A DNA stretch of 64,000 bases. Origin: a virus. A program made the translations under genes and the position numbers. The stretch is taken from IMG/VR virus record IMGVR_UViG_3300048913_000256, positions 1 through 64,000 of that record; one strand, written 5' to 3'. The notes under the pieces were generated by a model. It searched no databases. It was not told the origin of the DNA and was given only the letters and a program-made list of their open reading frames with translations. Positions within the stretch are counted from its first letter, which is position 1. Each line of letters begins with the position of its first letter. Positions 25,819 through 35,994 of the stretch are shown here, piece by piece.

Positions 25819-28817
25819 GCGGGTTGCGCCTCCTTCGGTTTCAAGTAGTCGTATTTGTTCGCAAACTCCGGTAGTGGGCGGCAATTCTCGAAGTCCCACT
25901 CGTCGGGCGAATATTCCTCCATCCAGCGAGGCTCGATGACGGTGTCCGTTTCAAGCGGGACGGCGAGGTCGACGGTGGTCGTCATGATGTCGGCATAGAG
26001 CTCAATCGCTTCGGGTGTGAGTTGGTCTTCAGGGATGCCGTGTTTCAACTCGTCGTGGAGCGTGAGATGGAACAACCAGCCTCGCCCAATCACGCAGACG
26101 TAGTAAAACATGATCATGTTCTGCTGAAGGACCGCCGCACCAGACGACTGAATCGTGTGATTGAACGCCTCGCGTTCGGCAGCGCCGGTCTTGCGGATGA
26201 GATCCCAAAATTCGGAGCGTTCCTCCCATTTGAGCTTGCCGGATTTCTTGGCGAGTTCAGGGTCGTTCTTATCCGAAATCCCGACCTTACGCATGAGATC
26301 GCACAACCGATTCCACCGCGCCTTATACTCGGGGAAGCGACGTTTTTGCCCCCACAGATTCTCCGCAAACTCACGTTCTCGAAGAATCGCGAATGTCGCC
26401 TCAACCATGCGCTGAAAGCCCGGGAGTATCTCCGCAAACTTGTCGTATGCGACACGAGCTTGTGCGTCCGATACGCCGTACTGACGAACCTTCTTCGCAA
26501 ACGACTCGAACGCTTGTCCGTAGCCGCGCGCAAGGAATAGCTCCTTCATCGCTTTTCGATACGGCGGGATCTCGCCGGGCGTGCCCTTGCGTTCCTTGTA
26601 CGCCTTCTCGACGCACAGTTCCCGCGCAACTTCGAACAGAATCGATGCGAACTCGACATATGGATCGAGCCCTTGGCGATACATATCCGCGAAGATTTGA
26701 TCGCCGAACTCAACCGCCATCCGGTGCGCTTGTAGGCGAGGTTCAATCGAGGAGAGGTCGCTACCAACGAACCTATACCCTTCGCGTGGGATGAACGCCA
26801 TTCGGACGCGGATACCCTCGTCGTATCGCGCGGGGATGTTCTGGAGATTCGTCCCTTTCGAAACCTTGCGATCGCACTCGACGAGGGTGCGCATGATTTC
26901 GAGGTACTCGCCCTGCGGCATCGACGTAAAAGGCTTGCCGTTGTAACTCTTCGATTTATAGCGGGCGGTCTGCGCTACACCGAGTTGCGTGTGCAATCGG
27001 CCGTCTACGTCCAGAGCATTCGGAATCTTCTCAACGAACGTCCCGAGGAGAGTCGCGAACTTCGCATATTCGGCAAGCGGTTTGAGCGAGGGTTCCTCTT
27101 CGTAGTAGGCGGCGAGGACATCTTTAGAAACGCCGCGCCTCTTGTTCTTGTCCTTGTCAATTTCTCCGGTGCGGTCCTTGATGCCGAGACGGTCATAAAT
27201 GAGGTATGCGAGATGGTCGTCTGAATCGAGATTGAACTCGCGAACGAAGTCCGGTGCGTTTTGCGGGATCGGTTCGGCGAGTACTTCAGTCTCGTAACGC
27301 TCGATACGACGTCGCAAGTCCGCGTATTTCTTCGTCACTGGATTCGCCGCCGCTAGATCGGTGCGACACTTCGCGAGCATGTCGTCTCGATTGGCGATCT
27401 TCTTGCGCTTCTGCTCGCACCATGCGTTGATTTTCTCGCCCTTTATTGCCATCGACATGTCGTATAGGAACGCTGCGTCGATTTTGTAAGCGTCAAATAT
27501 CGCCTGCTTCGCCTTCTCAAGACGTTTCCGATACTCTTTGCTGAGACGTACCAGTTCGTCGAGGTCGATGTCGAAGCCGGTACGTACTATGTTCGCGTTA
27601 ACTTCGATCAGGTATTGGCGTATCTCCGCGTAGGCGACGCCGAGGCGGTCACGCGACATCAGCAGGTTAATCTGCCATTTCGTGAAAGCCCAGCCTTTGT
27701 GGACGTCCTTGATCGCGTAGATCCCGACCACTTCTGGCGAGAACAGCATCGGTGAGACGTTCCCAAACAGATCCTCGAACGCGTAATCGTCCATCGGCGG
27801 TAAGTCGAGGCGGTGTTTGTACTTCGCGACGGTTTCCTTCAAAGGGGCGAACTCCTCGCCGCTCAGAACTTGGTAGCCGTCCATCGAGCAGTAGCGAATG
27901 CCTGCCGGTTGGAATCCGTCGTTCAGGTGCATATTCAAGTCGAAGTCCGCGTTGTGGTACGCCTTGATCTGCGCCGCGTCTTCGATAAACGCCTGTACCG
28001 CCAGCAACGCCGCCTCACGCGAACATTGCGCATCTCCCGTCAGATGTCCATAAGCCACGTAGTAGCCTTCGTTGAGGAGCGGCAACCAGAACGAGTATCC
28101 GCCGGTCAAGTCGATGAAGCGGTCGACGCCGCTCGTCTCCGTGTCCCATTCGGTAAGCGACTGAACCAGCGGAATTTCGATGCCACGTTCGAGGAGCTTG
28201 CGCCGGATCGCGGTGTTGTCGAACCACGAGAACACGCGCTGGAACCATTCGTCTTGACGCTGGAGGGCGCACTCTTCGTGGAGCCGCGCCATCATACGCT
28301 CAAGGTCACGATCATCGGTGATCACGAAGTAGTTGTCGGGCTTAGTCGCCAGCGTTTCGGAAATACGCGCCTCTCGCGCAGACTCTTCGCGAACCTCCGC
28401 AACCCGTTCGCCGATTTCGAGGAGTTCGCCTTTCGTCAGCCGCGCCGTGGATTCGCGCACGATCTCGCCGTTGAGAAGCGCTTCCTGCGCCAGATTCCGC
28501 ATCCGCGCCTCTTTCTCGTTCCACTTACACTCGGAAGTCAGACGATCAATCGCCGCCTCCAACGTCTCCTCACGCTGAGAGCGCGTTCGGGCGGCCCTCA
28601 GCGGTTTCGGCGGTTCTTGTGATTTTTGCTCCGATATCTCTTCGATGTTCTTCGCGTGATATGGGTGGTTGGTAATTCGAGGATAGTCGTCTATCGAGCG
28701 AGGTCCGAACGATTTGTCTGCGACCTGATTAGGACGAATCTCCGTTTGATACTCGCCATCTCTGACGACATAGACGGGATTCCACCACTCGTCGTACATC
28801 TTGTTAACTTCGGACAC
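25815..28817 (-). CDS. Family A DNA polymerase (Pol I-like, with a 3'-5' exonuclease-like N-terminal part)
   Basis: Motif A DLSSIEPR, motif B RKAMKELFLARGYG, motif C HDEL. 1000 aa. Confidence 0.9.
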   Translation of the reverse strand: MSEVNKMYDEWWNPVYVVRDGEYQTEIRPNQVADKSFGPRSIDDYPRITNHPYHAKNIEEISEQKSQEPPKPLRAARTRSQREETLEAAIDRLTSECKWNEKEARMRNLAQEALLNGEIVRESTARLTKGELLEIGERVAEVREESAREARISETLATKPDNYFVITDDRDLERMMARLHEECALQRQDEWFQRVFSWFDNTAIRRKLLERGIEIPLVQSLTEWDTETSGVDRFIDLTGGYSFWLPLLNEGYYVAYGHLTGDAQCSREAALLAVQAFIEDAAQIKAYHNADFDLNMHLNDGFQPAGIRYCSMDGYQVLSGEEFAPLKETVAKYKHRLDLPPMDDYAFEDLFGNVSPMLFSPEVVGIYAIKDVHKGWAFTKWQINLLMSRDRLGVAYAEIRQYLIEVNANIVRTGFDIDLDELVRLSKEYRKRLEKAKQAIFDAYKIDAAFLYDMSMAIKGEKINAWCEQKRKKIANRDDMLAKCRTDLAAANPVTKKYADLRRRIERYETEVLAEPIPQNAPDFVREFNLDSDDHLAYLIYDRLGIKDRTGEIDKDKNKRRGVSKDVLAAYYEEEPSLKPLAEYAKFATLLGTFVEKIPNALDVDGRLHTQLGVAQTARYKSKSYNGKPFTSMPQGEYLEIMRTLVECDRKVSKGTNLQNIPARYDEGIRVRMAFIPREGYRFVGSDLSSIEPRLQAHRMAVEFGDQIFADMYRQGLDPYVEFASILFEVARELCVEKAYKERKGTPGEIPPYRKAMKELFLARGYGQAFESFAKKVRQYGVSDAQARVAYDKFAEILPGFQRMVEATFAILREREFAENLWGQKRRFPEYKARWNRLCDLMRKVGISDKNDPELAKKSGKLKWEERSEFWDLIRKTGAAEREAFNHTIQSSGAAVLQQNMIMFYYVCVIGRGWLFHLTLHDELKHGIPEDQLTPEAIELYADIMTTTVDLAVPLETDTVIEPRWMEEYSPDEWDFENCRPLPEFANKYDYLKPKEAQPA

Positions 28818-28871
28818 GTTTTCCGCCTCCTTCCGTCGTTGACGCCGCCATCGGCGCTCACCTCCTTCGAT

Positions 28872-29030
28872 TTACCAGTAGGACACAGTCGCTACGATAG
28901 AAAACACAGCGCTTGTAAACGCGAGTGCTGTTGCCACAAGACGCTCCCCGCCGGTTCTACCGCCACTCGCAACAGCGTCGCCGAGTACGAGAATCGTGAT
29001 AAGACTCGCAACTACTCCGATCCAGAACAT
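28872..29030 (-). CDS. 52-aa two-helix membrane peptide
   Basis: AGGAGG + 9 nt + ATG. Sequence MFWIGVVASLITILVLGDAV... Confidence 0.5.
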   Translation of the reverse strand: MFWIGVVASLITILVLGDAVASGGRTGGERLVATALAFTSAVFSIVATVSYW

Positions 29031-29068
29031 ATCCAACCGCCTCCTGTTCGCAAATTTCGTCCCGCCAC

Positions 29069-29458
29069 CTAGAACATCTCGTACAGGTTCCGCCTGCTGA
29101 TCCAAATCTCGCCGCGCCCGCCGATCTCTGACGCTCGTACGTAGAACGCGCGCCCGCTCTCGAAGTCCCACGCGACTAACAAGTCGATGTCCTCCGCTGT
29201 GTAGCGCTGACCGTTGCTGCGCGTGCATCCGATGACCACGTATTCCACGCCGTTCTTCACGCGACGCCGCGCCGTTTTCGCCTGCACGCGCAGGGTTTCG
29301 TCGCCGCGAGTTGCGTAGAAGTCGAACGGTAGCGACTCAGGCGCATTGGAGACGAAGTAGCCGTGGACATACGCCATGTGCGCCATTACCTGCTGACAGG
29401 CGGCGTGTCCGATGTGCGAGGAGTCGTTAGAAGTTCGATTCATCCGAATCTTGCGCAT
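29069..29458 (-). CDS. Restriction-endonuclease-fold (PD-(D/E)XK-like) small nuclease
   Basis: FDFYA ... LRVQAKT motif pair. GGAGG + 6 nt + ATG at 29458. Confidence 0.45.
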   Translation of the reverse strand: MRKIRMNRTSNDSSHIGHAACQQVMAHMAYVHGYFVSNAPESLPFDFYATRGDETLRVQAKTARRRVKNGVEYVVIGCTRSNGQRYTAEDIDLLVAWDFESGRAFYVRASEIGGRGEIWISRRNLYEMF

Positions 29459-29948
29459 GAGACGCCTCCTTTTCGACTGGTTCGAGGACGACAAAACTTC
29501 CGTCGGTAGATGAGTACCACCCTCCCGCGTATACGTCGAGATCGGCACCTACGTCAATGGTAGTTGCGGTGAGCACGTCACCGACTCGATGACCAATCAC
29601 GGGGTGCTTCACAATCAAGACACGTTCACCACGCCGAGGCATCCGCGCCACCTTGCGGAACAACTCGCCGTTCAGGTTGAACAGTCCGTCGTCATCAAGA
29701 TACTCCGTTTCCTCTGCGGCAGGTACGTAGCCAACCGCATCAGTCACGAACCCTATCCGATCCATCGTCGACTCTTCGTCATCGTCCGCTGCCGAGCCGA
29801 TGCTGACGACAACTTGCGTTCCAGACGTTACGCCCTCGCCAACCTTCGCCATATACGCACGGACCGCGAGAGCGGCTTCTTTCGCCGCCCCCACGATATC
29901 TCCGCGCCCCACGCCGACTGCAATTTGCAAAACGTGCTCATTCGCCAT
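29427..29948 (-). CDS. Hypothetical protein with a C-terminal VAR..GE..GDVL..VLEP domain
   Basis: KVARMPRRGERVLIV...VGDVLTA...FVVLEPVE. ATG at 29948 follows AAAGGTGG. Confidence 0.55.
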   Translation of the reverse strand: MANEHVLQIAVGVGRGDIVGAAKEAALAVRAYMAKVGEGVTSGTQVVVSIGSAADDDEESTMDRIGFVTDAVGYVPAAEETEYLDDDGLFNLNGELFRKVARMPRRGERVLIVKHPVIGHRVGDVLTATTIDVGADLDVYAGGWYSSTDGSFVVLEPVEKEASHAQDSDESNF

Positions 29949-29967
29949 GTGTAGCGCCACCTTTCGT

Positions 29968-30723
29968 TTAGAATGCTTCTTCGGGATCAGTCGGTGGGAT
30001 CGGAGTTGCGTCGGCGTCGTTTTGCGCGGAACCAACCGAGATGTTCACGCCGATCTTCGAGACGTCGAAGCCGAATTTGATGAGGCCAGCGATTTGTTCC
30101 TGTTCGTTGATCGGAGCGAGACAGTGGTCGAACAGGTCGTGATTGAACGCCGCGCCCGCGGTCGCCGTAAAGTGCTTGCGTTGAGTCTCGTTGAGGTCGC
30201 TATCATCCTCCGGATCGAGCAAGCGAATTTTCACTTTCGTATCGGTCCCTTTACCTTCTTTCGAAATAGCAAACGCGAACCGGTCGAGTTTTTTTGCGTT
30301 CACGGCGAGATCCTTCGCCACGTCGCCACCTTGCGTTTCGGTAAGGTCGACAACAACCGGAAGTCCATCATCAAGATTGATAAAGCCGAGCAGGAATCGC
30401 GGCTTCGCTTCGAGCGCTTTTGCCTGTTTCCACAGTTCGGAGGACAAATCATCGTTGCCCGCTTTCTTTGCGGCATTCGCTTCTTGCAGGAGCACTTCAG
30501 ATGCGCGGTCGTAGAGGGTCGGCTTATCCGGCTTTTCAGTCGGTGTCGTGTTGAACACACCAAATACGGAGTTTGCGAGGTATCCCGCGAGATCTTCCGT
30601 GCTCGTAAAGCGTACCTTGAACGAAGCGCCTGCCTTAAACTTTTTGAAGACCTTCGAGGTATCGACCTTTTCGGTTTTCGCGGCTTCGGCTGCCGCTGCG
30701 CCTTTGTTTCGGATGAATGACAT
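29968..30723 (-). CDS. Putative ssDNA-binding protein (gp2.5-like acidic tail)
   Basis: Acidic C-terminus DADATPIPPTDPEEAF ending in Phe, in a replication-module context. The track N-terminus (to 30945) covers promoter-like motif D. Confidence 0.45.
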   Translation of the reverse strand: MSFIRNKGAAAAEAAKTEKVDTSKVFKKFKAGASFKVRFTSTEDLAGYLANSVFGVFNTTPTEKPDKPTLYDRASEVLLQEANAAKKAGNDDLSSELWKQAKALEAKPRFLLGFINLDDGLPVVVDLTETQGGDVAKDLAVNAKKLDRFAFAISKEGKGTDTKVKIRLLDPEDDSDLNETQRKHFTATAGAAFNHDLFDHCLAPINEQEQIAGLIKFGFDVSKIGVNISVGSAQNDADATPIPPTDPEEAF

Positions 30724-30907
30724 CAAATCGTCCCCTTCGATATGGTTTTTTGGTTCAGCGGCACGAATCGCTATGGTGTCGTGAATGACGCACAACCCGC
30801 GCCGCTGGTCGGTGACGGTTCGCTCTGACGCATCAATCGGGAACGGCGGCTCATACGTCCACCGTAGCGTCGCTATCCCTTCGCGCGAACCGTCGACCTT
30901 CGGAATG

Positions 30908-30937
30908 TATCTCGCGGAATAGGCGAAGGTTGTCCGC
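30908..30937 (-). promoter_or_regulatory. Phage promoter-like motif, copy D
   Basis: Sense strand: gcggacaaccttcgcctattccgcgagata. Confidence 0.55.
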
Positions 30938-31012
30938 AACCACATACCATATTTGAAATTAAAGAGATTTTTTGATAGACTAATTTTTATAACGATGGAA
31001 GGTGTGATACTG

Positions 31013-31327
31013 TTGAAAATTAACGTTAAGTACTATCAGGGTGAATGGGATAACGGCGCACCCGCTCAAGTAATCGAGATGGAAGTTGTAGACAAGGAAG
31101 ACTTCTATACCGATAAGATCTTTAGCCCCACATACGAGAAGTTTGAACGCGGAGAAGTAGTTTACCCGGACGCCGAAAGCAAGGCTACGATCAAAATGAG
31201 ATTCAACACATTCGAAAAGGCTCAACTATTTGAAAAAGTTGTCAAACAACAAGTTGATGAGATCGTGACTAAAAACAGGGAGCGCGTCGCCGCTTTCGTG
31301 TCAGAAGAAAAGTCGCTCAATGTATAG
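31013..31327 (+). CDS. AT-rich plus-strand moron, hypothetical protein (~104 aa)
   Basis: GGAAGGTG + 8 nt + TTG at 31013 (alternative ATG at 30995). Visibly low GC and opposite strand to its neighbours. Confidence 0.55.
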   Translation: MKINVKYYQGEWDNGAPAQVIEMEVVDKEDFYTDKIFSPTYEKFERGEVVYPDAESKATIKMRFNTFEKAQLFEKVVKQQVDEIVTKNRERVAAFVSEEKSLNV

Positions 31328-31328
31328 C

Positions 31329-31367
31329 AAAAAGGACGCCGAGCTTCATTAGCCCGCGCGTCCTTTT
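31329..31367. terminator. Bidirectional terminator (paralog of 15447-15493)
   Basis: AAAAAGGACGCCGAGC...GCCCGCGCGTCCTTTT. Confidence 0.6.
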
Positions 31368-32371
31368 CCAATTCGCAACCCTTTCGACCCCACTCGCAAC
31401 TCCCCGAGCATTCCCGCTAGCAACGCCTCATTCGCATCCTTCCCGTCAAAACCCCGCGGCCACTCCGCCTCCAGCGTCCGCACGCCATACCGCGCCATCT
31501 TCCGCTCGATCTCCGCATTCATCCTCGCCCCCGCTGCATCCCGATCGCCAAGCGCCACGACTTCCTCGACGCCAGCCAGCGCCAGCTCCCGCGCCATCTC
31601 GTCGGTGAATACGCTCCCTCCCGTTGCGACCGCCCCGAGCGAATGTGAAGCATGAAGCGACTGCCACACGCTCATTGCGCAAATCGGCGCTTCCACTACC
31701 GCCACCCTTCGCTCCTGACGCCGCTGAACGTGATGGATTCCGTAGAGGAGCGCCTTCTTTACGCCGCGTCCGCACGGCAGGAACCAGAACCCTTTCGTCC
31801 ACGTCGGGCGATACTGCACGGTCATCAGCGCCCCTTTGCGGTCGTACCACGGGAATGTAATCGCCTTGCGCCGACGATCGAAGCCGATGTCGAACCGCCG
31901 CTGCCACGCTTCCTCGATGCCGCGCTCCTCTTCGAGATACGACGACCGCCAGCGATACTCGTCGAGGATCTTCGGATCGGGCGGCGACCACTTCGCGGCT
32001 GGCGCTTTCACGGCGAGATCCACGCCGATGCTCAGGCGGAGCGGGCGTTCCTCGCCGTCATCGTAGCGGTTGATGCCGTAGACTTCGCGAAGCCACGCCA
32101 AAGCCACGCCGTAGGTCGCGAACCCTTCGATGCGCTGGACGAGAGAGACGACGTTGCCACTCGCCCCGCACGCGTTGCAGAAGTAGCCGCCGCTCTCCGT
32201 GAAGATGGCGAGGTTCGGGCGCATTCCGTCCGTGTGGAACAGGCAAGCGCCGATTAGCATGTCGCCGCGATACCCTTCGAGGAAGTGCGCGGGCAGTCGG
32301 TCAGCGAGGTAGGCGGAGATGTCGAGGTCGAGCGTGGTTGTCGTGTGATTGTCGTGCTGGAGCGTGATCAT
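31349..32371 (-). CDS. DNA primase (zinc finger + Toprim)
   Basis: CLFHTDGMRPN...FCNACGASG zinc finger. Toprim-like VVEAPICAMS ... ALGDRDAAG. Confidence 0.75.
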   Translation of the reverse strand: MITLQHDNHTTTTLDLDISAYLADRLPAHFLEGYRGDMLIGACLFHTDGMRPNLAIFTESGGYFCNACGASGNVVSLVQRIEGFATYGVALAWLREVYGINRYDDGEERPLRLSIGVDLAVKAPAAKWSPPDPKILDEYRWRSSYLEEERGIEEAWQRRFDIGFDRRRKAITFPWYDRKGALMTVQYRPTWTKGFWFLPCGRGVKKALLYGIHHVQRRQERRVAVVEAPICAMSVWQSLHASHSLGAVATGGSVFTDEMARELALAGVEEVVALGDRDAAGARMNAEIERKMARYGVRTLEAEWPRGFDGKDANEALLAGMLGELRVGSKGLRIGKGRAG

Positions 32372-32799
32372 TCAGCGCTGTTGATGATCGGAAAGACTCG
32401 CGCCTGAAGACGCTGAAACTCTTCGTGATCAGACGGGTGGATGGCGAGGAAGTCTCGCAAAAACGTACGGTATGCTCCAGACAAACTTCTGCACATCGCC
32501 ATTACGCCCTCTGACGCTAGATATGCGGTTTGCAGGCGTTCAGCCTCACCGCGAAGCGCACCAACCTCGTCCAGCAGGCGCGGCATGACGGTGCGGGCTG
32601 TGGTAAGAAACTCGAGGTCAGCATCTTCAATCGATATTCCACCATAGCAGTTCGCATATGCCACGTCTTTCGTTCCGGATTTCAATTCGACGCCAAATCT
32701 CTCATCCCCGCCGTCATGCCACGGTCCCGGTGTCGCCGCATCGCACACCGCGCGCAGCTCCGCGATTTCTTCCGCCGTCATTTGTTCAGCCTTGCTCAT
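32368..32799 (-). CDS. Hypothetical protein (143 aa)
   Basis: Clean ORF. Confidence 0.55.
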   Translation of the reverse strand: MSKAEQMTAEEIAELRAVCDAATPGPWHDGGDERFGVELKSGTKDVAYANCYGGISIEDADLEFLTTARTVMPRLLDEVGALRGEAERLQTAYLASEGVMAMCRSLSGAYRTFLRDFLAIHPSDHEEFQRLQARVFPIINSAE

Positions 32800-32996
32800 G
32801 CGATAACCCCCGCTTCCAAGTCGTATTTGTAATACCGAACAGCATCCTCAACCACTCGCCTGTGCGACGATTCCCACTTCATTACGCTGACTTGAGCGCG
32901 GACGTAGCGCCATTGCGTGTACCGCCAGCGCAGGTTCAGCCACTTATTTCGAAACCAGCGTTTCATGTTTCCGCTCCTCCTCGCGAATCCACTCAC
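32796..32996 (-). CDS. Hypothetical protein (66 aa)
   Basis: Clean ORF. Confidence 0.45.
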   Translation of the reverse strand: MSGFARRSGNMKRWFRNKWLNLRWRYTQWRYVRAQVSVMKWESSHRRVVEDAVRYYKYDLEAGVIA

Positions 32997-33195
32997 ACAG
33001 TTTGATTGTCATGCGGTTGAGTTTCTCGCCGTCTAACTTTTCGAGTCGTGCCGTCAAGTGTTCGAGATATGACGCATACCTCCCGTGTACGACGACGCGA
33101 TCCCGCGGTGCCATAACAGCCATTGGTGTCAATTTCGGTTTCGGCGGAATCACCACGACAGCCGGTTCTTCTTTCTTCGTAAACCATCCGAACAT
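32944..33195 (-). CDS. Hypothetical protein (83 aa)
   Basis: Clean ORF that abuts the helicase stop. Confidence 0.5.
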   Translation of the reverse strand: MFGWFTKKEEPAVVVIPPKPKLTPMAVMAPRDRVVVHGRYASYLEHLTARLEKLDGEKLNRMTIKLCEWIREEERKHETLVSK

Positions 33196-34634
33196 CAGAA
33201 CGCCCCCTCCGCTTTCGCCGCCGCAATCTGGCGAGCCGCCTCGTCATCAAACGCCCGCACCACGCCGTACTCAGGTGCGAACACGATCGGAACTTCCGTC
33301 CCCGCCCCACCTTTACGCGACATCATAACGCCGATCACCGCGTCGCCGAGCTTGGTCGTCTTGTCAACGTGAGAGTCGACGCCGAACGTTACCACGCCAT
33401 CCTCGATAACCGCCTTGGTCGATTTGACGTCCTCCAGCGACGGGACGCGGATCTGAATCACGCCGTCTTCGCCTTCTTTGCGATCCTCGTATGTCGCCTG
33501 CACTACGAGCACGATAACGACTTGCTTGCGCGTCGCCATGCGCCGGAGCGATCGACTAAACGCCTCAGCACCAGCGCCGTTTTTCTGTTCGCCGGTCTTC
33601 GGATACGAACACAGCGAGAGTTGGTCGATGAGCACGACGTCCGGCTTGTGTTCGTCGATGAGCGATTCGATTTTGCGGAGATCCACACGCTCCATATCGC
33701 TGTCCTCGAACGTCTTGACGATGTAGTCGCCATAGCCGATGAGGTCCCCGCCAGTCGCGAACCGGTTCGTCCAGTCGCGGTAGGTCGCCTTCTCGCTCGC
33801 CGTCATGTAGCCGTACGCGACTTTACGCCGCGAGAAGCCGGCATCGACGTGAACTCCGCCGAGAGTAATCGCGCCGAGCGCATGTTGGTACGCCGCCTCC
33901 ATCGAATCCAGCAGCGTCTCAATTTCGAACCGCTCGTTCTCCAGCGCCAAGTCGAGGACACGGTTGCCTACGCGCGCCGCCGGTAGCGTGATTCCAGCGC
34001 GAGCCAGCGTTGACTTTGCCGCTTTCGGCATACCGTAGAGGACGATGTAGTCGCCTTTTACGAACGCGCCGTCATCCTTACCCGTCAGCGCACGATTGAT
34101 TTCACGGAAGCCCGACGGTATGAGCGCCGACTTGTTGCTCTCGCGCTCCTCATATGTTTTGAAGCGAGCCGCGCCGTTCGTCGTCCAGTTCGTGTTCATG
34201 TCGTCGCCAATCGCCCACTTGCGCTCCACTTCGCGAGCAATGGAAGCGACTTCCTGCGCGAGCTCCGCACCGGATAAACGCGTCGAGTCGAGCGCCTGCA
34301 ACCGCTGTTCAATCTCGCGCTTAGCGTTCGCATCCGCCAACTTGCGCTTCAGCACCGACGGCTCCTCGTAGGTGACGTCAAGGTCGAGCCCCCACGCCTC
34401 CAGCGACTTCGTAACGCGCTTTCCGTCGTGGTCGACACCCTCCGCCTCGGTTCGCAACAGCGTCGTCGCCGTCGGGACCGAATCGAACCGCGCCACATGG
34501 TCGCTATAGGCGTCGAAGGCTTGCGGTAGAGAGCGGAACCATTCGCGGGTGACGCCGAGTCGCGAGAAGAACGCGAGGTCGTTGGCGTCGATGGCTACCG
34601 AGATGAGTTGAGACTCGATTAGGTGCGTGTTCAA
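33195..34634 (-). CDS. Replicative DNA helicase, DnaB-like
   Basis: Walker A GMPKAAKST, Walker B VVLIDQLS, and a DnaB-like N-terminal domain (SQLISVAIDAND). Confidence 0.75.
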   Translation of the reverse strand: MNTHLIESQLISVAIDANDLAFFSRLGVTREWFRSLPQAFDAYSDHVARFDSVPTATTLLRTEAEGVDHDGKRVTKSLEAWGLDLDVTYEEPSVLKRKLADANAKREIEQRLQALDSTRLSGAELAQEVASIAREVERKWAIGDDMNTNWTTNGAARFKTYEERESNKSALIPSGFREINRALTGKDDGAFVKGDYIVLYGMPKAAKSTLARAGITLPAARVGNRVLDLALENERFEIETLLDSMEAAYQHALGAITLGGVHVDAGFSRRKVAYGYMTASEKATYRDWTNRFATGGDLIGYGDYIVKTFEDSDMERVDLRKIESLIDEHKPDVVLIDQLSLCSYPKTGEQKNGAGAEAFSRSLRRMATRKQVVIVLVVQATYEDRKEGEDGVIQIRVPSLEDVKSTKAVIEDGVVTFGVDSHVDKTTKLGDAVIGVMMSRKGGAGTEVPIVFAPEYGVVRAFDDEAARQIAAAKAEGAF

Positions 34635-34855
34635 ATGATCTGCACCGCCTTTTTCGAAGCATCTTCCCGTTCCTTCTCTTCAACAGCGATACTCTTCTGA
34701 ATTTCGTCAATCCCCACGCCGATGCCCGTAAGGAAACAAGTTACCGCCAGCAAAAGAGCTAGCGCCATCACATAAACCGTCTCTCCAACCAGCGTATTGC
34801 GAATGAGCGCTCCAACGAGCACTGTAAACCAAACCCCGAGTACGAACCTCCCCAT
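34631..34855 (-). CDS. 74-aa membrane protein
   Basis: MGRFVLGVWFTVLVGALIRN...VMALALLLAVTCFLTGIGV. Confidence 0.5.
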   Translation of the reverse strand: MGRFVLGVWFTVLVGALIRNTLVGETVYVMALALLLAVTCFLTGIGVGIDEIQKSIAVEEKEREDASKKAVQII

Positions 34856-34860
34856 AAATC

Positions 34861-35598
34861 TCACGCCCCTCTCCGTCTCTTGTCGCTGCCGCCGAACGCC
34901 ACCGTCACGCAAGCACCGCTAATCCGCGAAGCAATCCGCCTCCCCTGCGTTGGATCCTGCGCGGAGAACATCGCCTCCAACTCGCCCAGCGGCAGGTTCG
35001 ACGTCGCGATGATCGACTTTTCACGGTTCAGACGCTCATTGATGATCCGCATGAGTTTGTCGAGCACCGATTGCGTGTTCTTGCCTGCGCCGATGTCGTC
35101 AAGCACGAGGAGATCCGCCTCCAGCGACCGTCGCATCATCAACTCTACACGAGCCTTCGCCTCCTCGTCGCCATACATGACCTTGCAGTCGTCGAGGAAC
35201 GTCGGCACGTCGAGGAAGTACGCCAGCAGGCGATTGACCGGCTGGAGGTCGCCCCACACCGTTTTCATGGCGCTGAGTACGATATAGTCGCGAGCCAGCG
35301 CGCCCGCCGACGTCGTCTTACCGTTACCGGTCGTCTTGCTGACGAGGTAGAGTCCGCGACCAGCCGCGACATTTTCGAGAACATCGCCGCCCCAGCCGCC
35401 GACAAACTCGGACGCGCCACGGTTCTCGGATTTCAACAGCGCGGCGACTTCGGATACACTCGCTGTTTGATAGCGCGGCGGGATCGCAGATGCGGTGAGC
35501 TGGCGCTGAAGCTCGCGGTAGGCGACACAGGACTCGTTGCAGTTGCGCCCAACCAGCGGACAGACGGCGCGGGCGGCGCAAGTAGTTGCGAGGCTCAT
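34861..35598 (-). CDS. DnaC/IstB-like AAA+ helicase loader
   Basis: Walker A SKTTGNGKTT, Walker B LLVLDDIG. Its ATG overlaps the upstream stop (ATGA). Confidence 0.7.
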   Translation of the reverse strand: MSLATTCAARAVCPLVGRNCNESCVAYRELQRQLTASAIPPRYQTASVSEVAALLKSENRGASEFVGGWGGDVLENVAAGRGLYLVSKTTGNGKTTSAGALARDYIVLSAMKTVWGDLQPVNRLLAYFLDVPTFLDDCKVMYGDEEAKARVELMMRRSLEADLLVLDDIGAGKNTQSVLDKLMRIINERLNREKSIIATSNLPLGELEAMFSAQDPTQGRRIASRISGACVTVAFGGSDKRRRGA

Positions 35599-35825
35599 CG
35601 CTTCAACGCCTCCCTGAACATCTCGACAAGGTTGCGCTCCTGCGGAGAAAGGTCGACGACACTCGCCTTCGCTTCCGCCCATTCGAGGATCATCAAAATT
35701 TTGCTGCGCGTCAGGATCGGCGCTACGACATTTTCGAGTTCATGGCGCTTGATCTCCGCGATCTGCGCCGCGTTGCCGAATTGGAGCGGTCGGTCAAGCG
35801 GGTTTACTTGTCCGTTACACGGCAT
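35595..35825 (-). CDS. Hypothetical protein (76 aa)
   Basis: GGGAGGTG + 7 nt + ATG at 35825. Confidence 0.5.
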   Translation of the reverse strand: MPCNGQVNPLDRPLQFGNAAQIAEIKRHELENVVAPILTRSKILMILEWAEAKASVVDLSPQERNLVEMFREALKR

Positions 35826-35994
35826 CGGGCGACACCTCCCAGTTATGACGGCGCAGACGTTCGATCGTTTCCTCATCCGCGAGCGCCTCGTAATATCCCC
35901 CGTATTGGGCGTATTTCCCGACGAAAGCACCGAGCGCGGTAAGCGCCCAGTTATCGTCCACTCTCGCACGAATGCGAATTCGTTCGTAGTTCAC
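35815..35994 (-). CDS. Hypothetical protein (59 aa); absent from the ORF track
   Basis: GTG overlaps the upstream stop (GTGA). Sequence MNYERIRIRARVDDNWALTALGAFVGKYAQYGGYYEAL... Confidence 0.45.
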   Translation of the reverse strand: MNYERIRIRARVDDNWALTALGAFVGKYAQYGGYYEALADEETIERLRRHNWEVSPDAV

